This document shows positions 1 through 10,184 of a DNA stretch of 64,000 bases, piece by piece. Positions within the stretch are counted from its first letter, which is position 1; the number at the start of each line of letters is the position of its first letter. The notes under the pieces were generated by a model, which was not told where the DNA came from, searched no databases, and was given only the letters and a program-made list of their open reading frames with translations. The translations under genes and the position numbers were made by a program. The stretch comes from Hyaloraphidium curvatum SAG 235-1 (taxonomy: Eukaryota; Fungi; Monoblepharomycota): assembly GCA_025558095.1 (NCBI GenBank), contig JAIVFI010000041.1, forward strand, positions 248,001-312,000, written 5' to 3'.

Positions 1-468
1 GTGCGAGTCTTCGCCAAAAGTCTCCTGCGTCCTTCCCCAACCGGGGTGGCGGACCAAGTTCACGCAGACGCCGGCGAAAAAGTCGGCTCCCAACGCACGG
101 CATTCACGCCCGATCAAGCGGCCGATACGCTTGTTCAGGTCGACATCGAATGTGGCACCACACGCGATCGCGGCAGGCAATGTTGTGCCCCCCGGCAGCA
201 TGACCCCGCGGGGTCCGTCCGAGAAATGGATCGCAGACGCGATGCGAGCCAGGGCCGGTGGCAAGCCCGGCAGACCGTCGGGAATGGCGGCAAAGGGCCA
301 AGGCGCGTCCGTGTAGCCGCCGAGGCCCATGCGCTTGACGCCCGGCCAGAACGCGGTCGACCCCGCGAGCAGATGTTGCAACACGTCCGGCGAGACGCCC
401 GCGACGGCAGCGCGTGCTTCGCGGTCAAAGTCGCGTCCTGCCGTGTCCGGATCCGGCGAGGAGGCCAT
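1..468 (-). CDS. Glycoside hydrolase family 3 beta-glucosidase, 5' part (runs off the window start)
   Basis: Absent from the ORF track. Manual translation from ATG 468 gives MASSPDPD...HFSDGPRGV...AIACGATFDVDL..RIG..IGRECRALGADFFAGVCVNLVRHPGWGRTQETFGEDSH, which contains the GH3 N-terminal barrel motifs and is open to position 1. Confidence 0.9.
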   Translation of the reverse strand, partial: MASSPDPDTAGRDFDREARAAVAGVSPDVLQHLLAGSTAFWPGVKRMGLGGYTDAPWPFAAIPDGLPGLPPALARIASAIHFSDGPRGVMLPGGTTLPAAIACGATFDVDLNKRIGRLIGRECRALGADFFAGVCVNLVRHPGWGRTQETFGEDSH

Positions 469-708
469 CTTTGCCCAGATCTTGGCCCGTCCACTAGGAG
501 CCCGATCGCGATCGCGTGCGCGCGTCGCGCCGCCGCGCCCAATCAACCTTCTGCGCTCCCAAAGACAAGCGAGGGCGAACCGCGAAGCAGGCGCAAGCTC
601 CGCGACACACAGATTCCGGCGCGCACGTGCCTGGCCCCGACCCCGCGCCCGGACTGGCACGCGCGATCGCGGCGACCCAACTCGAATCAACGCCAACGGC
701 GGGCAAAG

Positions 709-1858
709 ATGCCCAAAACCCTGCAATACAAGGAGTACATCAATTCCAACATCTTCCCTGGATCTCATTGGGCCGCGTTCGACGCGTACGAGTTCGCCGC
801 CGTCGTCGAGAAGCTCGCCCTCCATCTGTGGCGCGCCTGCGACGCGCTCGAGCAGTATGACGCGCGGCGCGCGAACATTGCGCAGCGGAAGCGGATCTAT
901 GACGCGGCCAAGGAGGTGACCACTGCCACTACTGGGCTTATCATGGTCCTCTCGTACTGCTGGGAAGATCCGGGCGACATCTACGAGGTTTTCGACCCGG
1001 ACTTCAAACGTTTCTTTCGGGGCGGCATTCCGGCCATCCGCGCGCCCGTCGAATTGGCGGAGAGCATTCTACTTGCCGTCTTCCGGATCCTTGGGCCGTC
1101 GCTGCGAAGGACCATCAAGCTGACCTGCGATCCCGCGCGCTGGACAGCGTTCGGCCTGGGCGACGTTCGCGGAATCTTTTCAATACAGGACAACGGTGAA
1201 CGCGTCGAAGCCGTGCGCAAGCTCGGAGCCCGGCTCGAAGGATCCATCTTCGATGAGGAAGTTACTGGGCCTTTCCTTTGGGCCGCCCTCGTCCTCCTCG
1301 ACCTCTCGGCCAAGGGGTCCGCCGTCCGCGCGCGAGTGTCCCTGGATGTGAAGCTCCTCGATAGCATCTGCTGGGCCCCGGCCGTCACGTGGTGCATTTG
1401 CGCGCTCGTCGACGGCAGCCTGACCCCGCAGAAGGCCGCCAAGTTCAAGGGGAATATCAACGGCCTCAACAACGTGAACGGGCCACACGTATCGTGCGGA
1501 TCTGCGCCATGGAGAGGCCGAAGAAGTTCGAGCTGCACCGGAAGAAGCAACTGGATGCCGGGAACGTGCCCGGCCTGGATGCCCTCCTGTGGTTGGTGGA
1601 CGAGTTCATTGACGTCATGGCAGACGAGTGCCGCCGCCCCCCGGGCTTGAAGTCCGCGGACAAAGGAACTGCGACCCTGGCGACTTGGAAGGGCCATTCC
1701 CGGGCTGCGACGGATGCTTGCAGCCGTGCAACAGCAACGTCCCTCTGTAGCGCTGCGGTCGGTGCCGCGTGACTTGGTATTGCTCCCCGGAATGCCAGAA
1801 GCAGGATTGGGCGGATGGAGGCCATAAGAAGTTTTGCTTCCAGTTTGCCAGCCGTTGA
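709..1858 (+). pseudogene. MYND zinc-finger protein, disrupted (two apparent frameshifts and an in-frame TAG)
   Basis: Starts MPKTLQYKEY at ATG 709. Coding-like sequence switches frame near 1470-1490 and again near 1700. The last frame reads GCDGCLQPCNSNVPL*RCGRCRVTWYCSPECQKQDWADGGHKKFC, a MYND finger with TAG at 1748-1750. Confidence 0.7.
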
Positions 1859-1895
1859 TTGTGTAAGATCCGACCCCGCTCGAACAAGGAGTGAA

Positions 1896-2769
1896 TCAAG
1901 GTCTGTTACGAGACTTTGTCAAGCTTGTTCGCGTCCGAGACCTCGTAGAGCTGGTCCTCGTGCGGGATTTGGTCTTGCTTGCCCGACCTTGCGACTTTGT
2001 TGAGCCCGTTCTCGTGCGAGGCCGAGTCCGGCTGCGAGTCGTACTGGAATTGCTCCTCGTAAGCGTCGACGACCTCCTTGTAAACTTCCTGAAAGTCGTT
2101 GCCAGCTTCTTCCCAGGCGTCGCAGTCTTCTTTGAAGACGTACTCCTCGCCGCAGGGGTCGTGCTCTTGCCGATACCCGTCCTAAGAGGCAAAGCGAGCC
2201 TTTGTCCGGCCGCGGTGGCCGTTTCTGAGCACGACACGGTAACGGTCCGCGTACTTGTTCGAGCCAGGCAGCAATGCATCGCATTCCGGCCTCCAGTGCG
2301 GCCGACGCGGGCACCCAAAGGGCAGACCGGGCAGTTGCGCCGCTCCCACCCCCTCTCCTCCTCCGCGGCCCGGTCATCCGGGCCATCCCAGGCGATGTCC
2401 GGCTCCCCCAACTCGCCATCGTCCCGGCCGACAATGCGGCCGGGAGGGCGGCACACTGTGATGTTCACCGTGACGGGCCGGGGCCGCGGCGGGCAGCAGC
2501 ATCCCGCCGAGTACGCACAGGCCAGGCAGCTGTCAACATGTGCCGGGCGAAACGAGCGTAGGTAGAGGAGCGATGCTCGTCAGCATGGGATTGCTCGAAG
2601 AAAGCGGGGTGACAACCTACCACTCGGGTCCCGGAATCCAACCTCCGCCGCCCGCCCTCCGCGACAGTGAAACCTCATCGGCCTCGGCAGCGCCATGTAC
2701 GACGACAGCCGCCACCGCTTCCCAGACAAACAGGCAGACTGCCGCAGCCCCTACTGGAAAGAATCGCAT
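1896..2769 (-). CDS. Secreted Cys-rich protein with Thr/Ser/Arg/Lys-rich tail (2 exons)
   Basis: Signal-like N-terminus MRFFPVGAAAVCLFVWEAVAA. A GTAGGT...GCTGAC...CAG intron at 2530-2620 joins to ECCLACAYSAGCCCPP, followed by RRNCPVCP...HCCLAR and a basic Thr-rich tail. Confidence 0.7.
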
Positions 2770-3035
2770 CGTGATCTGTGCATTGTTTGTGCGGCCACGC
2801 CGGCGGCACCAGCCCGAGCATCTCCGACGCGCCGCCTCGAGTCTCGAGCCAGAGTAACGAGCAACTCGGACGAAGGTGCCAGCTGATTAATCAGAAGCCG
2901 TGGAAGGTGAAGCTGAACATCGCTAGGATGTCATTGGCTTCAATCGTTTCTAAAGGACGATGTGGCGACGAATGGCCGACAGCGTCCTGATCTCGGCGGT
3001 GCCGAATCTCGAGGCCCGAGCGATCCCGAAGGCCG

Positions 3036-3108
3036 ATGTCGGTCTTTTCTTCAGTGTATTTTGACCTTTCGGGCCGATCCGCGGTGATCACATGCGGCTC
3101 GCTCGGCA
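3036..3108 (+). pseudogene. Truncated duplicate of the 5' end of the SDR gene at 4780
   Basis: MSVFSSVYFDLSGRSAVITCGSLG aligns with MSISSSVSFDFSGRSAVVIGGSLG (17/24 identical), after which similarity stops. Confidence 0.75.
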
Positions 3109-3370
3109 CATTCTCTTCACCCGCTTTCCACTCCTTTGCCGGCGTAAGGACAGCTAGGCGGGAGTTCACTAGAGTATTGTGTCGCCGCGCAATTCAAAAT
3201 AGCAATGGCCACATTCCGGGTGCGGCGCCTCAATAGCCACAGTCCCGCGCGGCGGCAATCGCATTCCCCGCCTGGCGGCGGCAACCGCGGTCCCCGCCAC
3301 CCAGGATTCCGCTCCCCCCATCGCCTTGTCTCCCAATCCTATCCACGCCCCACTTCGCGCCCCTCACGAA

Positions 3371-4567
3371 ATGGCCGCGCCGTCGCTCTTCTCGCCGTTC
3401 ACGCTGAAGGGCGTCACGCTGCGCAACCGCATCGGGATGTCCCCGATGACCATGTACCGCTCAGAGGGCGGCCGCATGGACGACTTCCACCTGATGTACC
3501 TCGGCGCGCGGGCCGCGGGCGGTTTCGCCCTCATCTTCCCGGAGCAGGTCGCCGTCTCGCCGCTCGGCCGTACCACGCCGCACTGCGCGGGCATCTACTC
3601 GGACGACCAGATCCCGGGCCACGCCCGGGTGACCGCCATGATCAAGAGCATGGGCGGCGTCCCGGCGATCCAGCTCGGACACACGGGCCGCAACGGGAGC
3701 GAGCTCAAGCCGTGGATCGCGGGCGAGCTCGGGCGGCAGCTGCCGCCGACCCACCCCGAAGGCTGGCAGGTCGTCGGCCCTTCGGACGTGCCCTACGGGT
3801 TCGGGAAGCGGGTGTTCCCGGTGCACCCGCTCACGGTCGCGGAGATCAAGGCAATCCAGCAGGAGTACGTCGACGCGGCGAAACGCGCTCTGGAGGCGGG
3901 GTACCTGTGGCTCGAGCTGCACTTTGCGCACGGGTACCTGGGTGCTTCGTTCTTTTCGCCGCTCGCAAACAAGCGCACGGACGAGTACGGCGGATCGCTG
4001 GAGAACCGCGCGCGGTTCCTGATCGAGGTGCTCGACGCGGTGCGCGCGGTGTGGCCGGAGAACCTCCCCCTCACCGCGCGGCTCGGGTGCGACGACTTCC
4101 ACCCTGATGGAACGACGTTCGCAGAGTCGCTCACGGTCATTCGCTGTTTCAAGGAGCACGGACTGGACATGATCGATCTCTCGTTCGGCGGAAACACGGA
4201 CGCCCTGACCGACGCGCCGTTCAACGAGCCTTACGCATGGGTCGCAAGGGGTGCAAAGGTCCGCTCGGAGATCGGCATCCCCGTCACGGTCTCGTGGAAC
4301 CTCGGGATCCCGCAGAACGCGGACAAGGCGATCCGGGAGGGCAAGATCGACATGGTGCTGCTCGGTCGTCCCGCGCTCGCGAACCCGCATTGGCCTGTCT
4401 GGGCGGCGAGGGAGCTGGGGCACCCTGATCCTTTTGGACTCGTGCCGGAGGATTGGGCGTGGTGGCTGAGGAACTTCAGGGGCCATGCGGCGAGCATCGG
4501 GTGGCCGGAGGTGGGAAGCTCGGCGAGGGAAGGAGGTGTGCGGGAGAAGGCAGACGAGAGATTGTGA
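3371..4567 (+). CDS. NADH:flavin oxidoreductase / old yellow enzyme (YqjM/NamA-like)
   Basis: Motifs LRNRIGMSPM, IQLGHTGR, ELHFAHGYL..SFFSPLANKRTDEYGGSLENRARF and GRPALANPHW. Intronless. Confidence 0.95.
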   Translation: MAAPSLFSPFTLKGVTLRNRIGMSPMTMYRSEGGRMDDFHLMYLGARAAGGFALIFPEQVAVSPLGRTTPHCAGIYSDDQIPGHARVTAMIKSMGGVPAIQLGHTGRNGSELKPWIAGELGRQLPPTHPEGWQVVGPSDVPYGFGKRVFPVHPLTVAEIKAIQQEYVDAAKRALEAGYLWLELHFAHGYLGASFFSPLANKRTDEYGGSLENRARFLIEVLDAVRAVWPENLPLTARLGCDDFHPDGTTFAESLTVIRCFKEHGLDMIDLSFGGNTDALTDAPFNEPYAWVARGAKVRSEIGIPVTVSWNLGIPQNADKAIREGKIDMVLLGRPALANPHWPVWAARELGHPDPFGLVPEDWAWWLRNFRGHAASIGWPEVGSSAREGGVREKADERL

Positions 4568-4779
4568 TGGAAAATGATCCCACATGTACGTATGTACGTG
4601 CAACTTCAGCAAGTGCTTGAGAGCCTTGAAGATGGCTAGGATTTCTTGGGCGGGCGAGCTCCTTAGTCTTTAGTTATCGCCGATGATGGCCTCGCGGCCG
4701 ATCTTGCACCGCCGCCGCCGCAGAACTTGGCGGTGGCAAAGACTCGCGATCCCGAACGGAGCCCACCCATTGCTCCCCA

Positions 4780-5625
4780 ATGTCGATCTCGTCTTCGGTG
4801 TCTTTCGACTTTTCGGGGCGGTCCGCGGTCGTCATAGGCGGCTCTCTCGGCATCGGGAAGGAGGTTGGGAGGCGGTTGCTCCTCGCAGGCGCGTCCGTGC
4901 TTCTCGTCGGCCGGCGCAAGGACGCGCTCGAGGACGCGTTGAGAGACTTGACCGCCGCCGCGTCTTCTGGTCTCGGCGGCCGCTGCTTCGTGCTGGCTGC
5001 CGACGTGGGTACCGAGTCGGGCTGCGAGGACATTGCAACGGCAGCCCGCCAGCAATTTGGCCACTCGGGCCCGGACTACCTGGTCAATTCGGCCGGAATC
5101 TTCGACGATGCGGACTTGCTGACCCTGCCGAAGGCGATGTGGGATCATGTCGTCGCGGTGAACCTCACGGGACCATTCCTGCTCACCCAGAAGCTTGGGA
5201 CCGGGATGGCGGGCCGGGGAAGCGGCTGCATCATCAATCTCGCGTCCATCGATGGTCATGGGGTTGATGGCAGCTATATCGCTTACAACGTGACGAAGGC
5301 GGCGCTCATCCAGTTGTCGAAACAGACCGCCGTCGAGCTCGGACCGTTCGGTGTTCGGTGCGTGAGCGTCTCTCCCGGCTGGACGCGGACGCCGATGGTG
5401 GAATCGGCGCTACCGGAGCATCAGATCAAGCACATGGAGGGCGGTCGCTGGGACCGGGTTCCGCTGAGGCGGATGGTGTCGGTGGACGAGGTGGCTGCCA
5501 CAGTCGTGTTCCTTCTGTCCGATGCTGCGGGAGGCATCACGGCCACGGACGTCCTCGTTGACGGCGGATGCCTGGCCAATCTTTACATTGTGGAAACGTT
5601 GCCGAAAGACGGAGCGTCTGCGTGA
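4780..5625 (+). CDS. Short-chain dehydrogenase/reductase (FabG-like)
   Basis: Motifs GGSLGIG, VNSAG, NLASI, catalytic YNVTK, SPGW and VDGG. Intronless. Confidence 0.95.
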   Translation: MSISSSVSFDFSGRSAVVIGGSLGIGKEVGRRLLLAGASVLLVGRRKDALEDALRDLTAAASSGLGGRCFVLAADVGTESGCEDIATAARQQFGHSGPDYLVNSAGIFDDADLLTLPKAMWDHVVAVNLTGPFLLTQKLGTGMAGRGSGCIINLASIDGHGVDGSYIAYNVTKAALIQLSKQTAVELGPFGVRCVSVSPGWTRTPMVESALPEHQIKHMEGGRWDRVPLRRMVSVDEVAATVVFLLSDAAGGITATDVLVDGGCLANLYIVETLPKDGASA

Positions 5626-5692
5626 CGGAGTGTCTGCGTGACTCGATTTGATTCGCCTTCTGCAAAGAACGATGAAGATTGCAACCGCAGTC

Positions 5693-7553
5693 CTACATCT
5701 TCGGCCTGCCCTCCCCCTCGAACGTCAGCCAGTGCATCCCGCTCCCCACCGCCTTGACCTCTCCCTTTGCGCCCACCACCTCCCTCCCCGCCTCCTGCAT
5801 CCGCAGCACCTCCGCCGGGTCCGCGTTCGCCACCACCCTCTCCCTCCCCGGCCCGCGCACGCGGCACACCAGGGCCGCTTTGTCCGGCCCCACGCGGCCG
5901 TAGATGATTGTGTATGTTTCCACCGTCACCGGGAGCGAGGTACCGGGCTCGAGGGATTCGATGACCGTGGGGAGCTCGTAGAACTTGAGCACGGGGGGCA
6001 GAGGGCGGACGGTGGGATAGGCGATACCAGAGGGCTGCCCCGAGAGCGCGAGGGCGTGCTGGTACGTGAAGAAGCCGCCGTTGCCGAGGACGACCCCCCG
6101 CCGGGATGTGCCGCGGAGGAGGTGCGCCATGCGGACGAGGGCAAAGAGGGAGTAGGCATTGCCGGCGCCGCCGAAGGAGGTGAGGCCGCCGAGGAGGGTG
6201 ACGGGCTTGGTGCGGGCGGGGGCGAGGACGGGGAGTCCAAGGAAGCGGCTGCGCGGAGGGGCGGTGGTCAGCGACCGGCCGACATCGGGTGCTATGGTGG
6301 ATTGCAGCTCACGCGGCGCACTTGGGGACGATCGGGAAGCACGAGTAGATGTCCCAGACGTCCACGTCTTCCTTGCGCAGCCCGGCGCCGCGGACCGCCG
6401 ACTCGATCGAGAACTCGAGGGCCGGGCTGCGGTCGTAGCACCACCTATCGAGGAAGTCGGTGGGATCCTGCGTGCCGGCGCCGGCGAGCGGGAAGGAGAG
6501 CTTGGAGGGGGGAATGCCGAGAGAGAGGGCGGTGGCGAGGGAGGTGACGACGACTGTCGCGGCGAGGTTCACGGTGTTGAGGGCGTTCTGGAGCAGCGGG
6601 TCTGCATGGACACCGTCAACGCACTACACAATGGCGCCCCGAAAAGACTCCACTCACAAGGGTACGAGATCATCCGGTTCTTGGGCGACACGTCGCCGAT
6701 CTCTGCAGCCGACTTGGGCTTCTCGCCATAGTTCCAGCTCGACTCGACGCGCGAAGCAATGTCGGAGAACTCGGCGTACAGCTCGGCCGATTCTTTCATG
6801 TTGTCGACGTAGGACTGGCCGCGAGCCGCGCGGACGGCGTTCTCCATCATGGGATAGGCGTGGATTGCGAGGAAGGCTCCTGTCGGTGAAATGGAAGCGA
6901 TGTTGCTCCAGGTGCTCGGCTCTGCAGCAGTTGCGCATCCACCGACCGTGCTTGATCATGGTGTCCCGCTGCGCCCTCGCGCTCGGGCTCTTGATGGCCA
7001 CGCCGGCTTTTTCCTGCGCCCCCGTCTTGTTGTCGTCCGTCGTCGCCTCCCATCCTGGCGGCTCCGTGATCCCCTTCTTCCTCCACTCCTCCAGCGTCTT
7101 GAGCGCCTCCCCCGCGCCGACCAGCACGGCCTTTAGCTCCCCCCTCGAGACCATCTTGCACGCGTCGTCCACGAGACGGATCGGCTGGTTGCCCGAGTGC
7201 GTCGTGTACTCCCTCCGCCTCAGCTTGGCGGGGTCCAGGCCCAGGCCGCGTGCCACCGACGACGGCAAATCCAGATACGGCCAAGACCAGGTGGCCACCA
7301 GCGAGATCCCGTCCACCATCCCGAGCAGCTCGTTCCCGCGGCCGGGCAGCGCGTCCTCGGCCGCCGCCCGGGCAGCGTCGACGATCAGAGCGAGCGGCTC
7401 GCCGCATTTTTCGGGCGCGAGGCCCTTCTGCCGGAGGTCGGCGGCCGCGACGATGACGGGTATGCGCGACGGGTCGGTCGCCGGCGCAGCCGACGGCGGG
7501 CCGAGGGATTCCCACACGTACGCGTGCGCCGTAGCCATCGGGTTGGCGGCCAT
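5693..7553 (-). CDS. Thiolase-like protein type 1 (TLP1-like acetyl-CoA acyltransferase), 4 exons
   Basis: Motifs HSGNQP, YPMMENA, NRMISYP, VNLAA, DIYSCFPIVPK, GGLTSFGGAGNAY and C-terminal VETYT. Introns near 6881-6946, 6601-6656 and 6250-6311. Confidence 0.85.
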
Positions 7554-8142
7554 CGTGCGGAGGCGCTGCTGCGGCCGCTGCAGTGGTTCGGGCGGCTGCT
7601 CGACGACGGCGCGGAGGCGGGGAGGTCGGCGAGCTTCAATGCGCCCGGAGGATGGGAGACGGTCGCGACGCGCGGCGGCAAACGAGGCGGCAAGTCGAAC
7701 CGCATCACCTAGGCCTGTCCAGAGAAGAACTTCAGATCTTTGGCCAGTAGTTCCTCGGAAACCGATTCTGTGTCCGAATACGCTGATCGGGCACCGTTCC
7801 TAGTCTGGCTTATCGGAGAGGAAGCCTTCCGAGTATACAGTCCGATCCATCTCCATTACGCGGAATCCACCACGGAAAAGGCAGGATATCAGGGCAGCAT
7901 CCAAGCTTTGGGATCAATTGACCTCGAAATCGCCGGCCGGCCCAACTCAGCACAGGTGGTTGCTGGCTCGACCTCGCGGTTGCCCTTCCAGCACCAGCCC
8001 GCCTGAGGTCACTCCACTCACGCAGGCCGGCGCCTCTCGTCCGTCCACTGCCTGCCTCCTGCCTGCGTTCGTGGGGACACCGGCAGCCGAACTCCGCCGC
8101 CCTCGTCCCGCGCTCCTCCCGCGCCGCACCCCTTCCCCCGCC

Positions 8143-8911
8143 ATGTCTTCCCCCACGCGCGTCCCGACCGGCGGGGCGTACCCGTACGCGGCGCAGCCCG
8201 CGCAGCCGCAGTATGCGCAGTACCCCGCCGGCGTGCGCCCGCTGATCCCGCCGGCGGGCTACGCGGAGCCGCTGCCGCCGCCGCTGGCCCAGGTCGTGCC
8301 CGCCACCACGGCCGACGGCCCGCCGAAGCCGGCACCGATCCCCATGCGGTACTGGGCGTACCTGGCGATCGGCACCGTGTCGGTTATCATCGGCGGCGTG
8401 CTGATCGGCATCTACAACTCGAGCTCCTACTGCACGGGCGCCTACTGCGTGGGTCTCGCCTCGCCCTCTCGTGGTGCCCTGTTTGACACACCGACCGCCC
8501 TCCCGCCAGTACTACTACTCGGGCTACATCTGGAGCGGCATCTTCCTGCTTATCGTCGGCCTCATCGAGATGGCCCTGGCCTTCTACTACATCTACAAGT
8601 GGCGCCAGGCCCCGCCCCCGACCACCGTCACAACCTACTACACCCAGCCCACCGCCCTCGCGGTGTACCAGCAGCCCACCGCTGTCATCGTGCAGCCGCC
8701 TCCCGTGACCAACTACTACGTCAGCGCGGACCCGGAGGCGGCGCGCGCGGCGGCGGCCGCGGACGGCGCGAGGCAGCCGCAGCAGGGCCAGCAGCCCGTG
8801 TACCTCCCTGCCTACTCGCAGGCGGACCCGTACGGGCTCTCCGGGCCGTCGTCGGGGTCGTCGGCGGCGCCGTACGGCCAGCAGCAGCCGGGGAGTTACC
8901 TGAAGCAGTAG
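8143..8911 (+). CDS. Pro/Gln/Tyr-rich two-TM membrane protein
   Basis: ATG 8143, hydrophobic segments YWAYLAIGTVSVIIGGVLIGIY and YIWSGIFLLIVGLIEMALAFYYIY, an intron at about 8449-8509, and a PY-like LPAY motif in the tail. Confidence 0.7.
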
Positions 8912-9141
8912 AAGGGCGCCGCCCTGGGCCTGCACGCCACCATGGGCGTTTGAACTTGTGGACATGTCTCATTTTGAGGTTGGATCGGCACGAGCGGGCA
9001 TGATTCATGTAGGTTGGAGCAATCCACGCGGTTCTCTGTCATATAGCCGGCCTGGGCTATTACGGTGTATCCACCTTCCTGCCTGCCATGGCCCAGTCGC
9101 CCTTCCTGATCGTCCATTTGCTTCCGCCCGCGCTCGCCAAC

Positions 9142-9682
9142 CTACTTGGCCCTCTCCAGCTTGCTCTGGAAGTCCATCACCGCCACCTCGCACTTGCCCT
9201 TCTCGTCGTAGTCCGAGTAGCCCGCGTCGGGATCCGACAGGTCCACCTCGTCGAACTCGGTCGACGATTCCGTCGATCTTGCAAGCCAGCCGCCCTGCCG
9301 TGCCCGGTCAGCACCCCCACCTCACTCCGCAAAGCGACGGGGCACCCACCCCCGGCACGAACTCGACAAACTCCAGCCCCCGGCACTCGAACTGCGCCAC
9401 CCCCTTCCACTCACCATCCTCCTCCTTCCCGTACGCCCCGTTGCTCCCCGGCACGAACGACGCGGAGCTCTCCCTCCTGCAGAACCCGCACTTCCAAACA
9501 AAGTTTGCTTTGCCCCGCGACCCGCCGATGTCGCGCTCTTCCGCGGGGTCCAGGGTGACGGGGACGCCGTGGAGTTCGTTGCAGGAGGTGCATTTCACGC
9601 GGAATTCGTACGGTGCGGAGGGGGGGAGGCGGAGGGATGTGAGGTTCGTGAGGGTCGCGCGGATGAGCAGCTGGAGCTTCAT
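9142..9682 (-). CDS. DUF866 / UPF0587 CXXC zinc-binding protein (CZIB/C1orf123-like)
   Basis: Motifs KCTSCNELH, GSRGKANFVWKCGFC, FECRGLE and DYDEKG. One intron at about 9295-9349. Stop TAG at 9142-9144. Confidence 0.9.
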
Positions 9683-10184
9683 CGCGGGGTCGGGGGCCGG
9701 GAGGGGGAGATGTGGGACTGAGGCGCGTCGTGGGCCGCGTTGGAGGGGGGAAAGAGCGGATTGAGGGCCGGAACGGGCAGAGTCTCACGCAGCAGCGGAG
9801 CCTCGACGAACCGTCAAGGGCTTGGTCGTTCAAAATGCTGAAGTGCCGAGTAACCGCAGAGTTGGAGAGAATCCATTCAATGCGAGGAACCTGAAGGGCG
9901 GAAGGGGGTTGAACGGCTTCGTCGGGCGCGCCGCACGAGTTGGCCCGCGACGGGGCTGCTCATCGTAAGCCGTCACCCCGGAAAAAGATCGGCCGCGGGG
10001 CTCCATGCCGGCTGGATGCGATTGACGGGGCTTTGAGCGCGGGCAGGACGTGTGTTGAGCGATGACCTGGAGATCGACGCGCGGGGAGGCATTGCGACGG
10101 TCGTCCTGTGTACCGCCAGGACGCGCTGGCTACACTGCATTTTAACAAGCAGGAAATGGAGCAAACAACATTGGAGTAACTGCT

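Noticed and set aside
5608-5642. 16-bp tandem repeat GACGGAG(C/T)GTCTGCGT across the SDR stop codon
   Set aside because: Only two copies with no spacer, so a simple slippage duplication rather than CRISPR-like.
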